Source: Clostridiaceae bacterium (GTDB taxonomy: Bacteria > Bacillota > Clostridia > Oscillospirales > QAMX01). From it: 64,000 bases of DNA. Position numbers and translations under genes: made by a program. The notes beneath the pieces were generated by a model. The model had not been told where the DNA came from and made no database searches. It worked only from the letters and a program-made list of their open reading frames with translations. Location of the stretch: contig JAYFRF010000008.1 in assembly GCA_034926225.1 (NCBI GenBank), positions 128,132 through 192,131 on the forward strand, read 5' to 3'. Positions 1 to 8,179 of the stretch are shown here, piece after piece. Position 1 is the first letter of the stretch, and each line of letters opens with the position of its first letter.

Positions 1-1524
1 GTACAGGGCGCGGCAGGCTCCGGCAAAACGGCGGTCGCTCTCCATCGTGTCGCGTATCTGCTCTACGAAGGACACGCGCGGAAGTTGTCGGCAAACGATG
101 TGCTGATGCTCTCTCCTTCGGCTGTTTTCGGTGCCTATGTCGCCGATGTACTGCCGGAGCTTGGCGAGGAAAACCTGCGCACGCTGCTTTACGAGGAATT
201 GATGGCGAAAAACCTGCCCGATACGCGCTTTTCCTCCCGGATCTCGCACTTTGACGCGTTTACCGAAGCGTCCGACGAGGAAGCTGACGCATATGTCTTC
301 TTCGGCTCGGAGGAAATGATCCATATCCTTGACCGAGCCGTTGACCGCTACGCTCACCGCGGCTTTGGCTTCACCGACATCCTCTACGACGGAAACTGTG
401 TGATGAGTGCCGTCGAGCAAAAGGATTATCTTTTAAATAACCCCTATCACACACCGTGGGGCGAGCGTCTTCTCCGTCTCGCGGCGGTCGCTCTCGAGCG
501 CGCTGCCGACCTGCAGGACGCCCGCACCCGTCATCTCGCCCTCCTGCTGTCCCGCGACGTCTCCCGCGCCAATCCCGAACGCGACGCCCGCCGCATCTCG
601 GTCGCCGATTTCGCACGTGTGAAGGATAAAATCGACCGGCAGCTTTTGATGCACCCCGAGGATCTGTTCATCCGTCTGATGCGTGACGACACCTTCTTTT
701 CGCAGATGGCGCGCGGCTTCGACGTACCGGCTGGCTTTACCGTGCTGCGGCATCAGTATGCCGCCTGTACGGAGGAGCAGACGCTCGATTTTGCGGCAGC
801 TTGCGCGTTATTCTATCTGAAAATCCGTATTTTCGGCGCAAAAGGCTATGAAAAGCTCCGTCAGCTCGTCATCGACGAGGCACAGGACGTCACGCCTCTG
901 CAATACGCCACCCTACGTGCGATGATGCCCTATGCCCGTGTCACCGCCGTCGGTGATCAGGCGCAGAGCGTTACGGGACGCTCGGGCGGCCTGTACGGAG
1001 CACTCGAGCGTCTCTACGCGCCCCGCCGTACCGCCGTCGTCACCCTCGAACGCAGCTACCGCAGCACCGCCCAGATCACCGCTTTCTGCAACCGCCTGAC
1101 AAACACCCCCGCTGCGTTCTTCGCGCGTGAAGGGGATCTGCCACGCGTCGAAACCTATCCGGACGCCGACGCTATGACCGCCGCCGTCGCGCGAGACCTG
1201 ACCGCGCTTCTTGCCGGAGGGTATGGCATCGCCGCCGTCGTCTGCGCAAGCGAGTTGGAAGCGCGCCGGATGGCGGACAGGCTGCCCGGTACGACGCTGC
1301 TAACGGAGCACAGCGCGGATACCGTGCGCGGCGCGGTCGTGCTGCCGATTGCACTGGCGAAAGGTCTGGAATTCGACGCGGTACTCGTCCCGAACGCGGA
1401 GCGCTATGCGGGCATCCGCGGCAAACAGGCCCTGTACGTCGCCTGCACACGCGCGCTGCATGTCCTTCGTCTGTACGCAGCGGGCGATTCCCCCTTTCTC
1501 GACGAATTGAGGAAACCGCTATGA
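1..1524 (+). CDS. helD: HelD-like UvrD/Rep superfamily-1 helicase, 5' end cut by window edge
   Basis: The frame of ORF 85..1524 stays open back to base 1 and reads VQGAAGSGKTAVALHRVAYLLYEG (Walker A GSGKT). Later motifs are VIDEAQDV (motif II) and the C-terminal LAKGLEFDAVLV and ALYVACTRALH. The track start at 85 is only a TTG inside an already open frame. Confidence 0.8.
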   Translation, partial: VQGAAGSGKTAVALHRVAYLLYEGHARKLSANDVLMLSPSAVFGAYVADVLPELGEENLRTLLYEELMAKNLPDTRFSSRISHFDAFTEASDEEADAYVFFGSEEMIHILDRAVDRYAHRGFGFTDILYDGNCVMSAVEQKDYLLNNPYHTPWGERLLRLAAVALERAADLQDARTRHLALLLSRDVSRANPERDARRISVADFARVKDKIDRQLLMHPEDLFIRLMRDDTFFSQMARGFDVPAGFTVLRHQYAACTEEQTLDFAAACALFYLKIRIFGAKGYEKLRQLVIDEAQDVTPLQYATLRAMMPYARVTAVGDQAQSVTGRSGGLYGALERLYAPRRTAVVTLERSYRSTAQITAFCNRLTNTPAAFFAREGDLPRVETYPDADAMTAAVARDLTALLAGGYGIAAVVCASELEARRMADRLPGTTLLTEHSADTVRGAVVLPIALAKGLEFDAVLVPNAERYAGIRGKQALYVACTRALHVLRLYAAGDSPFLDELRKPL

Positions 1525-2099
1525 ACCATTTCTTCGCCTATGTCTTCCGCATGCGCCACATCCTACGCTGGAGCCTGATGCGCAACGCCGAGGAGGAAAA
1601 CCTCTCCGAGCACACCGCCGAAGTCGCCATGCTTGCCCACGCGCTGGCGCTGATCCGCCGCGACGTGCTGGGGCGTCCTTGCGACCCCGACCGCGTCGCG
1701 GCGCTCGCGCTCTACCATGACGCGCCGGAAACGATGACGGGCGATCTGCCGACGCCCGTCAAGTACGCGAATCCCCGCATCCGCCATGCCTTCGGGGAGA
1801 TTGAGGAAGCCGCCCGTGACCGGCTATTGGCCATGCTACCGCCCGCGCTGCGTCCGGAGTATGCGGGGCTATTTGACCTCGAGCACAGCGAATACTATGA
1901 TCTCGTCAAAGCCGCCGACCGTCTTGCGGCTTACATAAAGTGCAAGAACGAATTAAAAACCGGCAACGAGGAGTTCCGCCGCGCCTACGAAAAGACACGC
2001 GCCTCGCTCGACGGCATGGATATGCCGGAGGTCTCGTACTTTATGCAGGAATTCATGCCGTCGTTTGCGCTAAACCTCCACGACATGACCGACGCGTAA
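1521..2099 (+). CDS. yfbR: HD-domain 5'-deoxynucleotidase, YfbR-like
   Basis: 192 aa with ENLSEHTAEVAMLAHALA and LYHDAPETMTGDLPTPVK, an HD-domain signature as in YfbR-type nucleotidases. Its start overlaps the helicase stop by 4 nt (ATGA). Confidence 0.7.
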   Translation: MNHFFAYVFRMRHILRWSLMRNAEEENLSEHTAEVAMLAHALALIRRDVLGRPCDPDRVAALALYHDAPETMTGDLPTPVKYANPRIRHAFGEIEEAARDRLLAMLPPALRPEYAGLFDLEHSEYYDLVKAADRLAAYIKCKNELKTGNEEFRRAYEKTRASLDGMDMPEVSYFMQEFMPSFALNLHDMTDA

Positions 2100-2151
2100 A
2101 AAAACAGGGCCGCTTTCCTTTTGGATAAGCCTTGTAAGGAAGAATTCATAC

Positions 2152-2193
2152 AATAACCCGCCGAAAAGGGGCAACTCTTTTCGGCGGGTTATT
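2152..2193. terminator. Stem-loop between convergent genes, probable bidirectional terminator
   Basis: Perfect 17-bp inverted repeat AATAACCCGCCGAAAAG (2152..2168) / CTTTTCGGCGGGTTATT (2177..2193) with an 8-nt loop. There is no long U-tract, so strength is uncertain. Confidence 0.55.
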
Positions 2194-2210
2194 GTATGTG
2201 CCGAGGACGC

Positions 2211-2576
2211 TCATTTTGTTTGCTGCGGTTTATAAGCGACTCCGTCCATTTGACACATACATGATTCATCTAGAAATTCTGTTACTACAGTCATTCTTGC
2301 GGGAAAACCATTTTTGAAATATTCATAGAAAACCTTTCGTCCTTCATCGAAGTCTGCCGTATTTTTAATGTAAAAATTTAACTGCACAACATCGTCAAGT
2401 GTGGCACCGACGCTTGCGAGCGTTTGTATCATGCGTTTAAAGGTTGCTCTTGCTTGATGGGCAATTTCTTGTTTGTCAAATCCTCCGGCATGATGTGCCA
2501 AATAGATGAAATCACCCGCAACCACACAAGAAGAGCATGTGTCATCACCGCAATGAGTTGGCATTTTAGTAATCAT
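2211..2576 (-). CDS. RidA/YjgF/TdcF-family (endoribonuclease L-PSP fold) protein
   Basis: The layout is RidA-like: AGDFIYLAHHAG, QARATFKRMIQTLASVGATLDDVVQLNFYIKN..DF, FPARMTVVTEFL. I chose the start at 2576 (MITKMPTH) because GGAG lies 6 nt upstream. The track start at 2594 has no SD. The gene is visibly AT-rich compared with its neighbours. Confidence 0.7.
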   Translation of the reverse strand: MITKMPTHCGDDTCSSCVVAGDFIYLAHHAGGFDKQEIAHQARATFKRMIQTLASVGATLDDVVQLNFYIKNTADFDEGRKVFYEYFKNGFPARMTVVTEFLDESCMCQMDGVAYKPQQTK

Positions 2577-2602
2577 AATGATCTCCTGTTTCATTTTAAA
2601 CC

Positions 2603-2738
2603 TATTTAAAGCTTTTTAATGTCATGCTAATTCACATGCAGGGAATTCGTTTGACACAAATACCCCATATGGATAAAATTCATTTTGTACGGCGTTCCAT
2701 TCGGATCAGCGGCTTCTCTTTTTAGCCTTCCATTTCCT
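2603..2738. repeat. Direct repeat copy A (~136 bp), diverged copy of 3936..4073
   Basis: It aligns end to end with 3936..4073, for example tgtcatgctaattcacatgcagggaattcg vs tgtcatgctaatttacatgcggggaattcg, and gcttctctttttagccttccatttcct vs gcttctcttttttactcttccaattcct. It lies just upstream of the RidA-like gene. Confidence 0.7.
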
Positions 2739-2743
2739 TATTA

Positions 2744-2775
2744 CCCACCGAAAAAAAGTCGATTCTTTCGGTGGG
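2744..2775 (-). terminator. Stem-loop downstream of the P-loop gene (possible terminator)
   Basis: CCCACCGAAA (2744..2753) pairs with TTTCGGTGGG (2766..2775). The U-run lies inside the 3' arm rather than as a separate tail, so confidence is low. Confidence 0.4.
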
Positions 2776-2798
2776 TATCTATCATATGCGGATTATGC

Positions 2799-3899
2799 TT
2801 ATAAAACGATCTTGTCATAGATCATTCCCGTTGTTGTCCAACGCTCGCATATCTGCGAACCCGAAATAATGATTCTATTATCTTCAAATCGTAGGATTGT
2901 TGGCAGCCAGTCCACGTAAAACTCATTGTTTGTTTTCGGGAAGATCTTTCTTGTTTTTTCGGTCGGGTCTGTAATTGAAAGGCCGTCAACTCTTATCACA
3001 AAGCTCAATGCTTCATTTTTATAAACACCGTTTTGCGGAAAAGCATTCGGGCTTGGTATGCGATTGACATCTAAAAAAGAGAGCATCTCGTCCTCAAGGT
3101 AAGCCCAGTCTCCATTCGAAATTTCAAGGGATATTTTGTTTGTCTGAAATGAATCGAACAACAAATCCGCCATATCGGCATAATCCCGCAAGAACTGCTT
3201 AAAGCTTTCCGCTCCGGGCGGCTTGCCTATATAATATGGTTGGGCTTTGTCCCTATGCCATATATATTCCAAGTATGATGTACCTCGATCTTTTTCAAGA
3301 TAATCAATTGTCGCCTCGGTGTTTTCCCTGTAAAAAAATATGAGACATGGGTTTAGTGGCTGTATTATTTCTTCAATCTGACCAATAAAGCTTTGCAACT
3401 CTTTATAGGGTCTATTCTTAAACAAAAAGGTAAAAATCTGGAACTGGAAGATTGCGCTGTCTATGATATAGACTTCATCCCGATTTTTCAACGCTTTTTC
3501 GGTAAAATGCGCCCACTTTTCCAAAGCAAATTTTTTGTATACATCAAGAGGATAGTTCCAAACGTCATACTCCAACAACGCCTGATAGACTTTCTCGCTG
3601 ATTTTATCTCTATAGTTCCATTGAATTAAAGGTAGATGAATACCCACGGTGCTCTTTCTAAATACAGCTATATTATTAAGGATGTCAGCTGCTTCCGGAT
3701 ATGTCTTTATGAATTTATCATATTCATCATATGTCATTCCGACCTCATCAAAAAATAGCACAGGATGCGGCATGGCCACTTCATGTATCCATTCTGCTTT
3801 AATATTATTGCGTTCAAGTTGTATATGTATAAACCGGGAATTTGTGGTTTTGCCCGTAGAAGGCATACCCTCTAACATGATTAATTGCGAATCAATCAT
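2799..3899 (-). CDS. P-loop NTPase of unknown function (kinase-like Walker A), AT-rich gene
   Basis: Walker A MLEGMPSTGKTT lies 8 residues from the chosen start MIDSQL (3899), which is preceded by AAGAGGA. The track start at 3947 adds 16 residues without an SD. I recognise no further family signature. Confidence 0.6.
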   Translation of the reverse strand: MIDSQLIMLEGMPSTGKTTNSRFIHIQLERNNIKAEWIHEVAMPHPVLFFDEVGMTYDEYDKFIKTYPEAADILNNIAVFRKSTVGIHLPLIQWNYRDKISEKVYQALLEYDVWNYPLDVYKKFALEKWAHFTEKALKNRDEVYIIDSAIFQFQIFTFLFKNRPYKELQSFIGQIEEIIQPLNPCLIFFYRENTEATIDYLEKDRGTSYLEYIWHRDKAQPYYIGKPPGAESFKQFLRDYADMADLLFDSFQTNKISLEISNGDWAYLEDEMLSFLDVNRIPSPNAFPQNGVYKNEALSFVIRVDGLSITDPTEKTRKIFPKTNNEFYVDWLPTILRFEDNRIIISGSQICERWTTTGMIYDKIVL

Positions 3900-3935
3900 T
3901 ATTATCCTCTTTTCAACGGCCAATATAAATAACCC

Positions 3936-4073
3936 TATATAAAGCATTTTCTATGTCATGCTAATTTACATGCGGGGAATTCGCATGTCACAAATTCCCC
4001 GCATACATAAAAATCACCTTATTGGACGTCCCCTTGTCGGGGATCGCTTCTCTTTTTTACTCTTCCAATTCCT
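3936..4073. repeat. Direct repeat copy B (~138 bp), includes the last codons of the ABC-F gene and a perfect 12-bp palindrome
   Basis: It aligns with 2603..2738. It contains ATGCGGGGAATT (3970..3981) / AATTCCCCGCAT (3993..4004) with an 11-nt loop. Its right end overlaps the ABC-F stop codon (4057..4059) and final codons. Confidence 0.7.
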
Positions 4074-5967
4074 CATACAGCGCCAGCAGTTCGCTTTCCG
4101 CTTCATCCTTGCGTTTCAGCAGCGGGGCAAGCTTTTCATAATCGGATGCGTTTGCTTCAATCCGTGTGTCCAGCTCCACGATCTCCCGCTCCAGCTCACA
4201 GGATCGGTTCTCCGCGGATTCCCGGCGGCGCTTTTTGCGGCGGGCTTCCTTGCCGTCCTCACGCGCTTCCTCTGATTTCGGCGGGTTCTCCCCGCGGCTT
4301 GCCTTCTGCGCGCGGGCCGCCATCGCCGCGGCGCTTTCCTTCTCGCGGCGGCGACGTGCGCGGTATTCCTCAAAGCCGCATTTATAGTCGCGCAGCTGCC
4401 CCTCGTTCATCTCGAGCACCCGCGTCGCAAAACGCGAAACGAAATAGCGGTCATGCGATACAAACAGAATCACACCGCCAAAGCCTTCGAGCATCCCCTC
4501 GAGCCATTCGCGTGCGGCAAGGTCGAGATGGTTTGTCGGCTCGTCGAGAATCAGCATATTCACATCGTCCTGCATCAGCATGCACAGCCTTAGCCGCGCG
4601 CGTTCGCCGCCGGACAGCGCTGTGAGCGGTTTAAATACGTCCTCGCCTACAAACAGGTACTGCCCGAGCGCGTCGCGCGCCGCCTGCGGAGTCATACCGC
4701 GCTCGTAGATCAGCGTGTCGACGACATTGCGCTCCATGTTATCGAAGGTGACAAGCTGCGGCAGATAGATCCACTTCGTCTGCGGCCCGAACCGCACCGA
4801 GCCTTCGTCGCAGGGATATTCGTCGACGATCATGCGCAAAAGCGTCGTCTTCCCGCAGCCGTTGGGCCCGTAGATCGCAACACGCTCGCCACCACCGATG
4901 CGGAAGTCCGCTTTTTCGACAATGGTGCGGTCATTAAACCGCTTCGTGACGCTGCGAACCGATAACGCGTCATCCGCGAAAAACGACGCCTCATCGATTC
5001 TCGCGCGGATGACCTTCTGCCTGCGCGGACGGTCGGACACCGTCAGACGCTCCACGCGATGCTCGATCTCTTTGGCGCGGATCATCATCGTTGGTGTCGC
5101 CCAAGCGCGGTACTGCCTTGCCAGCGCTTCCAGCTTTTGCTTTTCAGCAAGCTCCCGCTGGTACCGCTCGAGCTTTTCCTGATATCGCCGTTCCTTTTCC
5201 ACGGCATAATAGCTGTAGTTGCCGTCGTACTCCTCGCTGACGCCATTTTCAATCTCGACAATGCGCGTGACCACCTCGTCGAGAAAGTAGCGGTCATGCG
5301 AAATCACGAAAACAGTGCCCTTATACGACTGCAGATATTCACCGAGCCATTCTACCGCGTCGATGTCGAGGTGGTTCGTCGGCTCGTCCAATAAAAGGAT
5401 ATCCGAGCGTTCGAGAATGACGCGCGCAAGATTCGCCCGGGAACGCTCGCCGCCGGACAACAGGTTAAAGTCCCGCTTGCGGATATCACCGTCCAAATCG
5501 AGTCCGTTTGCCACCTTCTCAAGTGTATATTCCGTCTCGTAGCCGCCGTCGGCTTCAAAGCGCGACGAGAGCTCCCCATATCGTTTTAAAAGCGCCGGGT
5601 CCTGCTCCGTCGCCATCCGCTGCTCAAGCGCTGCAAGCTCCCCGCGCATCCGGTCAAGACGGACAAAGCCCGTCCGCAGGACATCCTCGACGGTGAACCC
5701 CTCCGGATAGACCGGAATCTGATCGATTAAGCCCACGCGCCGGTCTCCGCGAACGCTGATCCCGCCCGCATCGTAGAGCGTGGGGTCGCCCGGACGGGCC
5801 TTCCCCGTGCCGATATCCGCGATAATATTAAACAGGGTCGTCTTTCCCGCGCCGTTTTTGCCGATCAAGCCCACCCGTTCACCGGAATACAGGTCGAAAT
5901 CCACGTCCTTTAACAGTTGAAAGTCGCCAAAGAATTTTTGTACATGAGATACTGAAATTTCAATCAT
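4057..5967 (-). CDS. ABC-F family ATPase (two ABC cassettes, no TM domain, Arg/Lys-rich coiled-coil C-terminal extension)
   Basis: Two Walker A sites (GKNGAGKTT, GPNGCGKTT), two signature motifs (LSGGERSR, LSGGERARL) and two Walker B sites (ILLLDEPTNHLD, MLILDEPTNHLD), with an inter-domain linker typical of ABC-F. The start is ambiguous: 5967 (MIEISVSHVQKFFG, the typical ABC-F N-terminus) or 6021. Confidence 0.85.
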   Translation of the reverse strand: MIEISVSHVQKFFGDFQLLKDVDFDLYSGERVGLIGKNGAGKTTLFNIIADIGTGKARPGDPTLYDAGGISVRGDRRVGLIDQIPVYPEGFTVEDVLRTGFVRLDRMRGELAALEQRMATEQDPALLKRYGELSSRFEADGGYETEYTLEKVANGLDLDGDIRKRDFNLLSGGERSRANLARVILERSDILLLDEPTNHLDIDAVEWLGEYLQSYKGTVFVISHDRYFLDEVVTRIVEIENGVSEEYDGNYSYYAVEKERRYQEKLERYQRELAEKQKLEALARQYRAWATPTMMIRAKEIEHRVERLTVSDRPRRQKVIRARIDEASFFADDALSVRSVTKRFNDRTIVEKADFRIGGGERVAIYGPNGCGKTTLLRMIVDEYPCDEGSVRFGPQTKWIYLPQLVTFDNMERNVVDTLIYERGMTPQAARDALGQYLFVGEDVFKPLTALSGGERARLRLCMLMQDDVNMLILDEPTNHLDLAAREWLEGMLEGFGGVILFVSHDRYFVSRFATRVLEMNEGQLRDYKCGFEEYRARRRREKESAAAMAARAQKASRGENPPKSEEAREDGKEARRKKRRRESAENRSCELEREIVELDTRIEANASDYEKLAPLLKRKDEAESELLALYEELEE

Positions 5968-6024
5968 ACCATTAACCTTGCGCGGAGGGTGACGGAATTC
6001 ATCCTCCGCGCTTATTTTCATCTT

Positions 6025-6630
6025 TTATGCAAGCTCCATCCAGCCGAAAAACTCCGGCCGGTGATAATCCGGCTTCTCTACCGCGATCGGCAGCAGCGTT
6101 ACAAAGGATTTCTCCTCCGCAAGCTCCCCGCAGCGGTACATATTGCCGCGAATCCTCGATCCCGGCGCGCCCGTAAACTCTGTCGCAAACGCCCGGATCA
6201 GCGCGTAGGGAATCTGATAAGTCAGCTGCCAGTACGCGTCCGTCTTCTCCGCGCGCATCCCCGCGCTCTCGGGCAGCCTATCCGTTTTGATACGGCCATG
6301 CCGTCCTGCGCCATAGTTGAATTTCATTGCGCCGTTCGGGTTTGCTTCCATGTTAAAATAATGCTCCCGCAGCTCAGGACACGGGGAGAAGAAAAATTCC
6401 ATGCAGGAATCGAGATGCACTGCACCCTCATGCTCCGTCACCGTCGCACGCGGCGCGCGTTCGTAGCAGCGCATCGATACGTACAGATTCTCCCCGTCGT
6501 GGCAGACCCTCGCCCGGACGTCCATCGGCGCGCTGCCCCACGGGTAGTTGGATAACGTCCAATTAAGCCCCTCCACTGCAATCAATGCGTTGAAAGCAGC
6601 ACGTCCCGAGATTTTTTCGATTTTTAACAT
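6025..6630 (-). CDS. Carbohydrate-binding family 9-like (DOMON-like) protein
   Basis: 201 aa with no signal peptide. The pattern VCHDGENLYVSMRCYE ... DSCMEFFFSP ... YFNMEANPNG ... GNMYRCG resembles the short CBM9-like proteins of Clostridia. This is a family-level call only. Confidence 0.55.
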   Translation of the reverse strand: MLKIEKISGRAAFNALIAVEGLNWTLSNYPWGSAPMDVRARVCHDGENLYVSMRCYERAPRATVTEHEGAVHLDSCMEFFFSPCPELREHYFNMEANPNGAMKFNYGAGRHGRIKTDRLPESAGMRAEKTDAYWQLTYQIPYALIRAFATEFTGAPGSRIRGNMYRCGELAEEKSFVTLLPIAVEKPDYHRPEFFGWMELA

Positions 6631-6681
6631 CCTGTTTCTCCTGTCAACTTTTATATGTCCGATTCCCGGGAGTAAGGGGCA

Positions 6682-7041
6682 TCAGTCAAACCACTCGTCT
6701 TCCGGATCAAAAGCCGGAACGGGAACGTTGATGAGCTTTAACTTTCCCACCGCCCGATGACGGCAGTTTTCCCGAATTAGGATCGACGAGCCCGGATGCA
6801 CTGGGATCTTTTCCTCGTCCAGCTCCATATAACCCTCCCCTTCGAGGATGTAGTAGATTTCGATTTGCTTTTTGTGATAATGAACCTCCGAGTCCTTCTT
6901 GATCTCCACCACGTGGAAGGATGCGCGCCCTCCCGAGCCCTCAATAAAAGCACGCTTTGACATACCGCAGGGACAGGGAACGGGCGTAATCTGGGAAAAA
7001 TCCACGATTTCGTAACTCTTTTGTTCACTCATAGCAGTCAA
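6682..7041 (-). CDS. Cupin-domain protein
   Basis: 119 aa. HVVEIKKDSEVHYHKKQIEIYYILEGEG ... IPVHPGSSILIRENCRH matches the two cupin motifs (G/H-x-H-x-H ... and P-x-G-x(n)-H). Confidence 0.7.
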   Translation of the reverse strand: MTAMSEQKSYEIVDFSQITPVPCPCGMSKRAFIEGSGGRASFHVVEIKKDSEVHYHKKQIEIYYILEGEGYMELDEEKIPVHPGSSILIRENCRHRAVGKLKLINVPVPAFDPEDEWFD

Positions 7042-7048
7042 CCATCCA

Positions 7049-7655
7049 TTAAAGAATCGGCAGACCGTCCGCCGTAAAGTCGATGGGCTTTTCCAGCTTT
7101 CCGGAAAACTCGATGGCCTCCGCTAGACCCTGCACACGCGCCGCCTGACGCAGATTCGCCTGAGGAGGCACCTCGTCGCGTACCATGCGGATAAAGTCGT
7201 ACATAATGTTCTCGCTCGCGATTGGCTGTCCCGGCTGGGAGAAAGTCGTGACCTGCGGCCTGCAGATAACGGCGCATGAATCCGATCTGTACCGGCACAT
7301 GATACCGATCTGCTAGGTCCGCAAGCGATGCAGCTTCCTTACCGGAAAACGTCACAGGCTTTTCGATGAAAAATGGGCTTGCCTGTCGGGATGGTTTTTC
7401 GCAATGCTTCGGCGTGTGCAAGCGGGGACAGACTGATGATGAACGCATCCACGTCCCTGTAGGCGATCAGCGCTTCGGAGGTATGCAGACGGCGCCGCCG
7501 TATTTGGCAGTCAGAGCCTCTGCGGAAGCGGGAACGAGGTAAAAGGCCGCCTGGACCCGGTAAAAATCGTCCTGAATCAGTGAATCGAGCAGCGCCTGTG
7601 TACGTCTACCGCAGCCGTATAATCCAAGCCTAATCATATTCCTTACCTCCATCAC
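7049..7655 (-). pseudogene. Decayed Gfo/Idh/MocA-family oxidoreductase (several frameshifts plus an internal deletion)
   Basis: The Rossmann N-terminus MIRLGLYGCGRRTQALL..AEALTAKYGG is in one frame. TSEALIAYRDVDAFIISLSPLAHAEALRK is in a second frame. FIEKPVTFSGKEAASLADLADRYHVPVQIGFMRRY (EKP motif) is in a third. The C-terminal YDFIRMVRDEVPP...LEKPIDF is again shifted. The total span of about 600 bp is far shorter than an intact family member. Confidence 0.8.
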
Positions 7656-7676
7656 CGGTCCGCTCTATCTTCCGGC

Positions 7677-8141
7677 TTACTTGCGATTCTGTTCGCGAAG
7701 CAGGTCGCGGATTTCCGTAAGCAACAGCTCTTCATTCGTCGGCTTGGGCGGCTCGGGTTTCTTTTCGGCGGCGGCCTTCGCAGCCTCGGCTTCCAGCTTA
7801 CGCTTACGTGCGGTCAGGATACGGACAAGCAGGAACACGGACAGCGCGATGATGAAGAAGTTGACGACTGCTTGAATAAACAGCCCGTACTGCATGACGA
7901 CCTCTTGCCCATTGAACCCTGTCATCGTAACGGACAGCGTGGAGAAGTCGATGCCGCCGATCAGAATGCCGACAAGCGGCATAATGACATTGTTGACGAG
8001 GTTTGTCGTAATGGCGCCGAATGCGGTCGCCATTACGACGCCGACCGCGAGGTCGAGGACATTACCCTTTGCGATAAATTTTTTAAACTCCTCGAGAATC
8101 GGAACCTTGGTCTCCTTCATGCGTTTGATCGTGTCCTTCAT
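7677..8141 (-). CDS. mscL: Large-conductance mechanosensitive channel MscL
   Basis: EFKKFIAKGNVLDLAVGVVMATAFG...MPLVG.LIGGIDFS is the MscL hallmark. The ATG at 8141 has GGAG 6 nt upstream. The track start at 8153 is a GTG that contains that SD. Confidence 0.9.
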   Translation of the reverse strand: MKDTIKRMKETKVPILEEFKKFIAKGNVLDLAVGVVMATAFGAITTNLVNNVIMPLVGILIGGIDFSTLSVTMTGFNGQEVVMQYGLFIQAVVNFFIIALSVFLLVRILTARKRKLEAEAAKAAAEKKPEPPKPTNEELLLTEIRDLLREQNRK

Positions 8142-8179
8142 TATCGTCTCCACCCTTTATTTTATTTTGACAAGACCAC

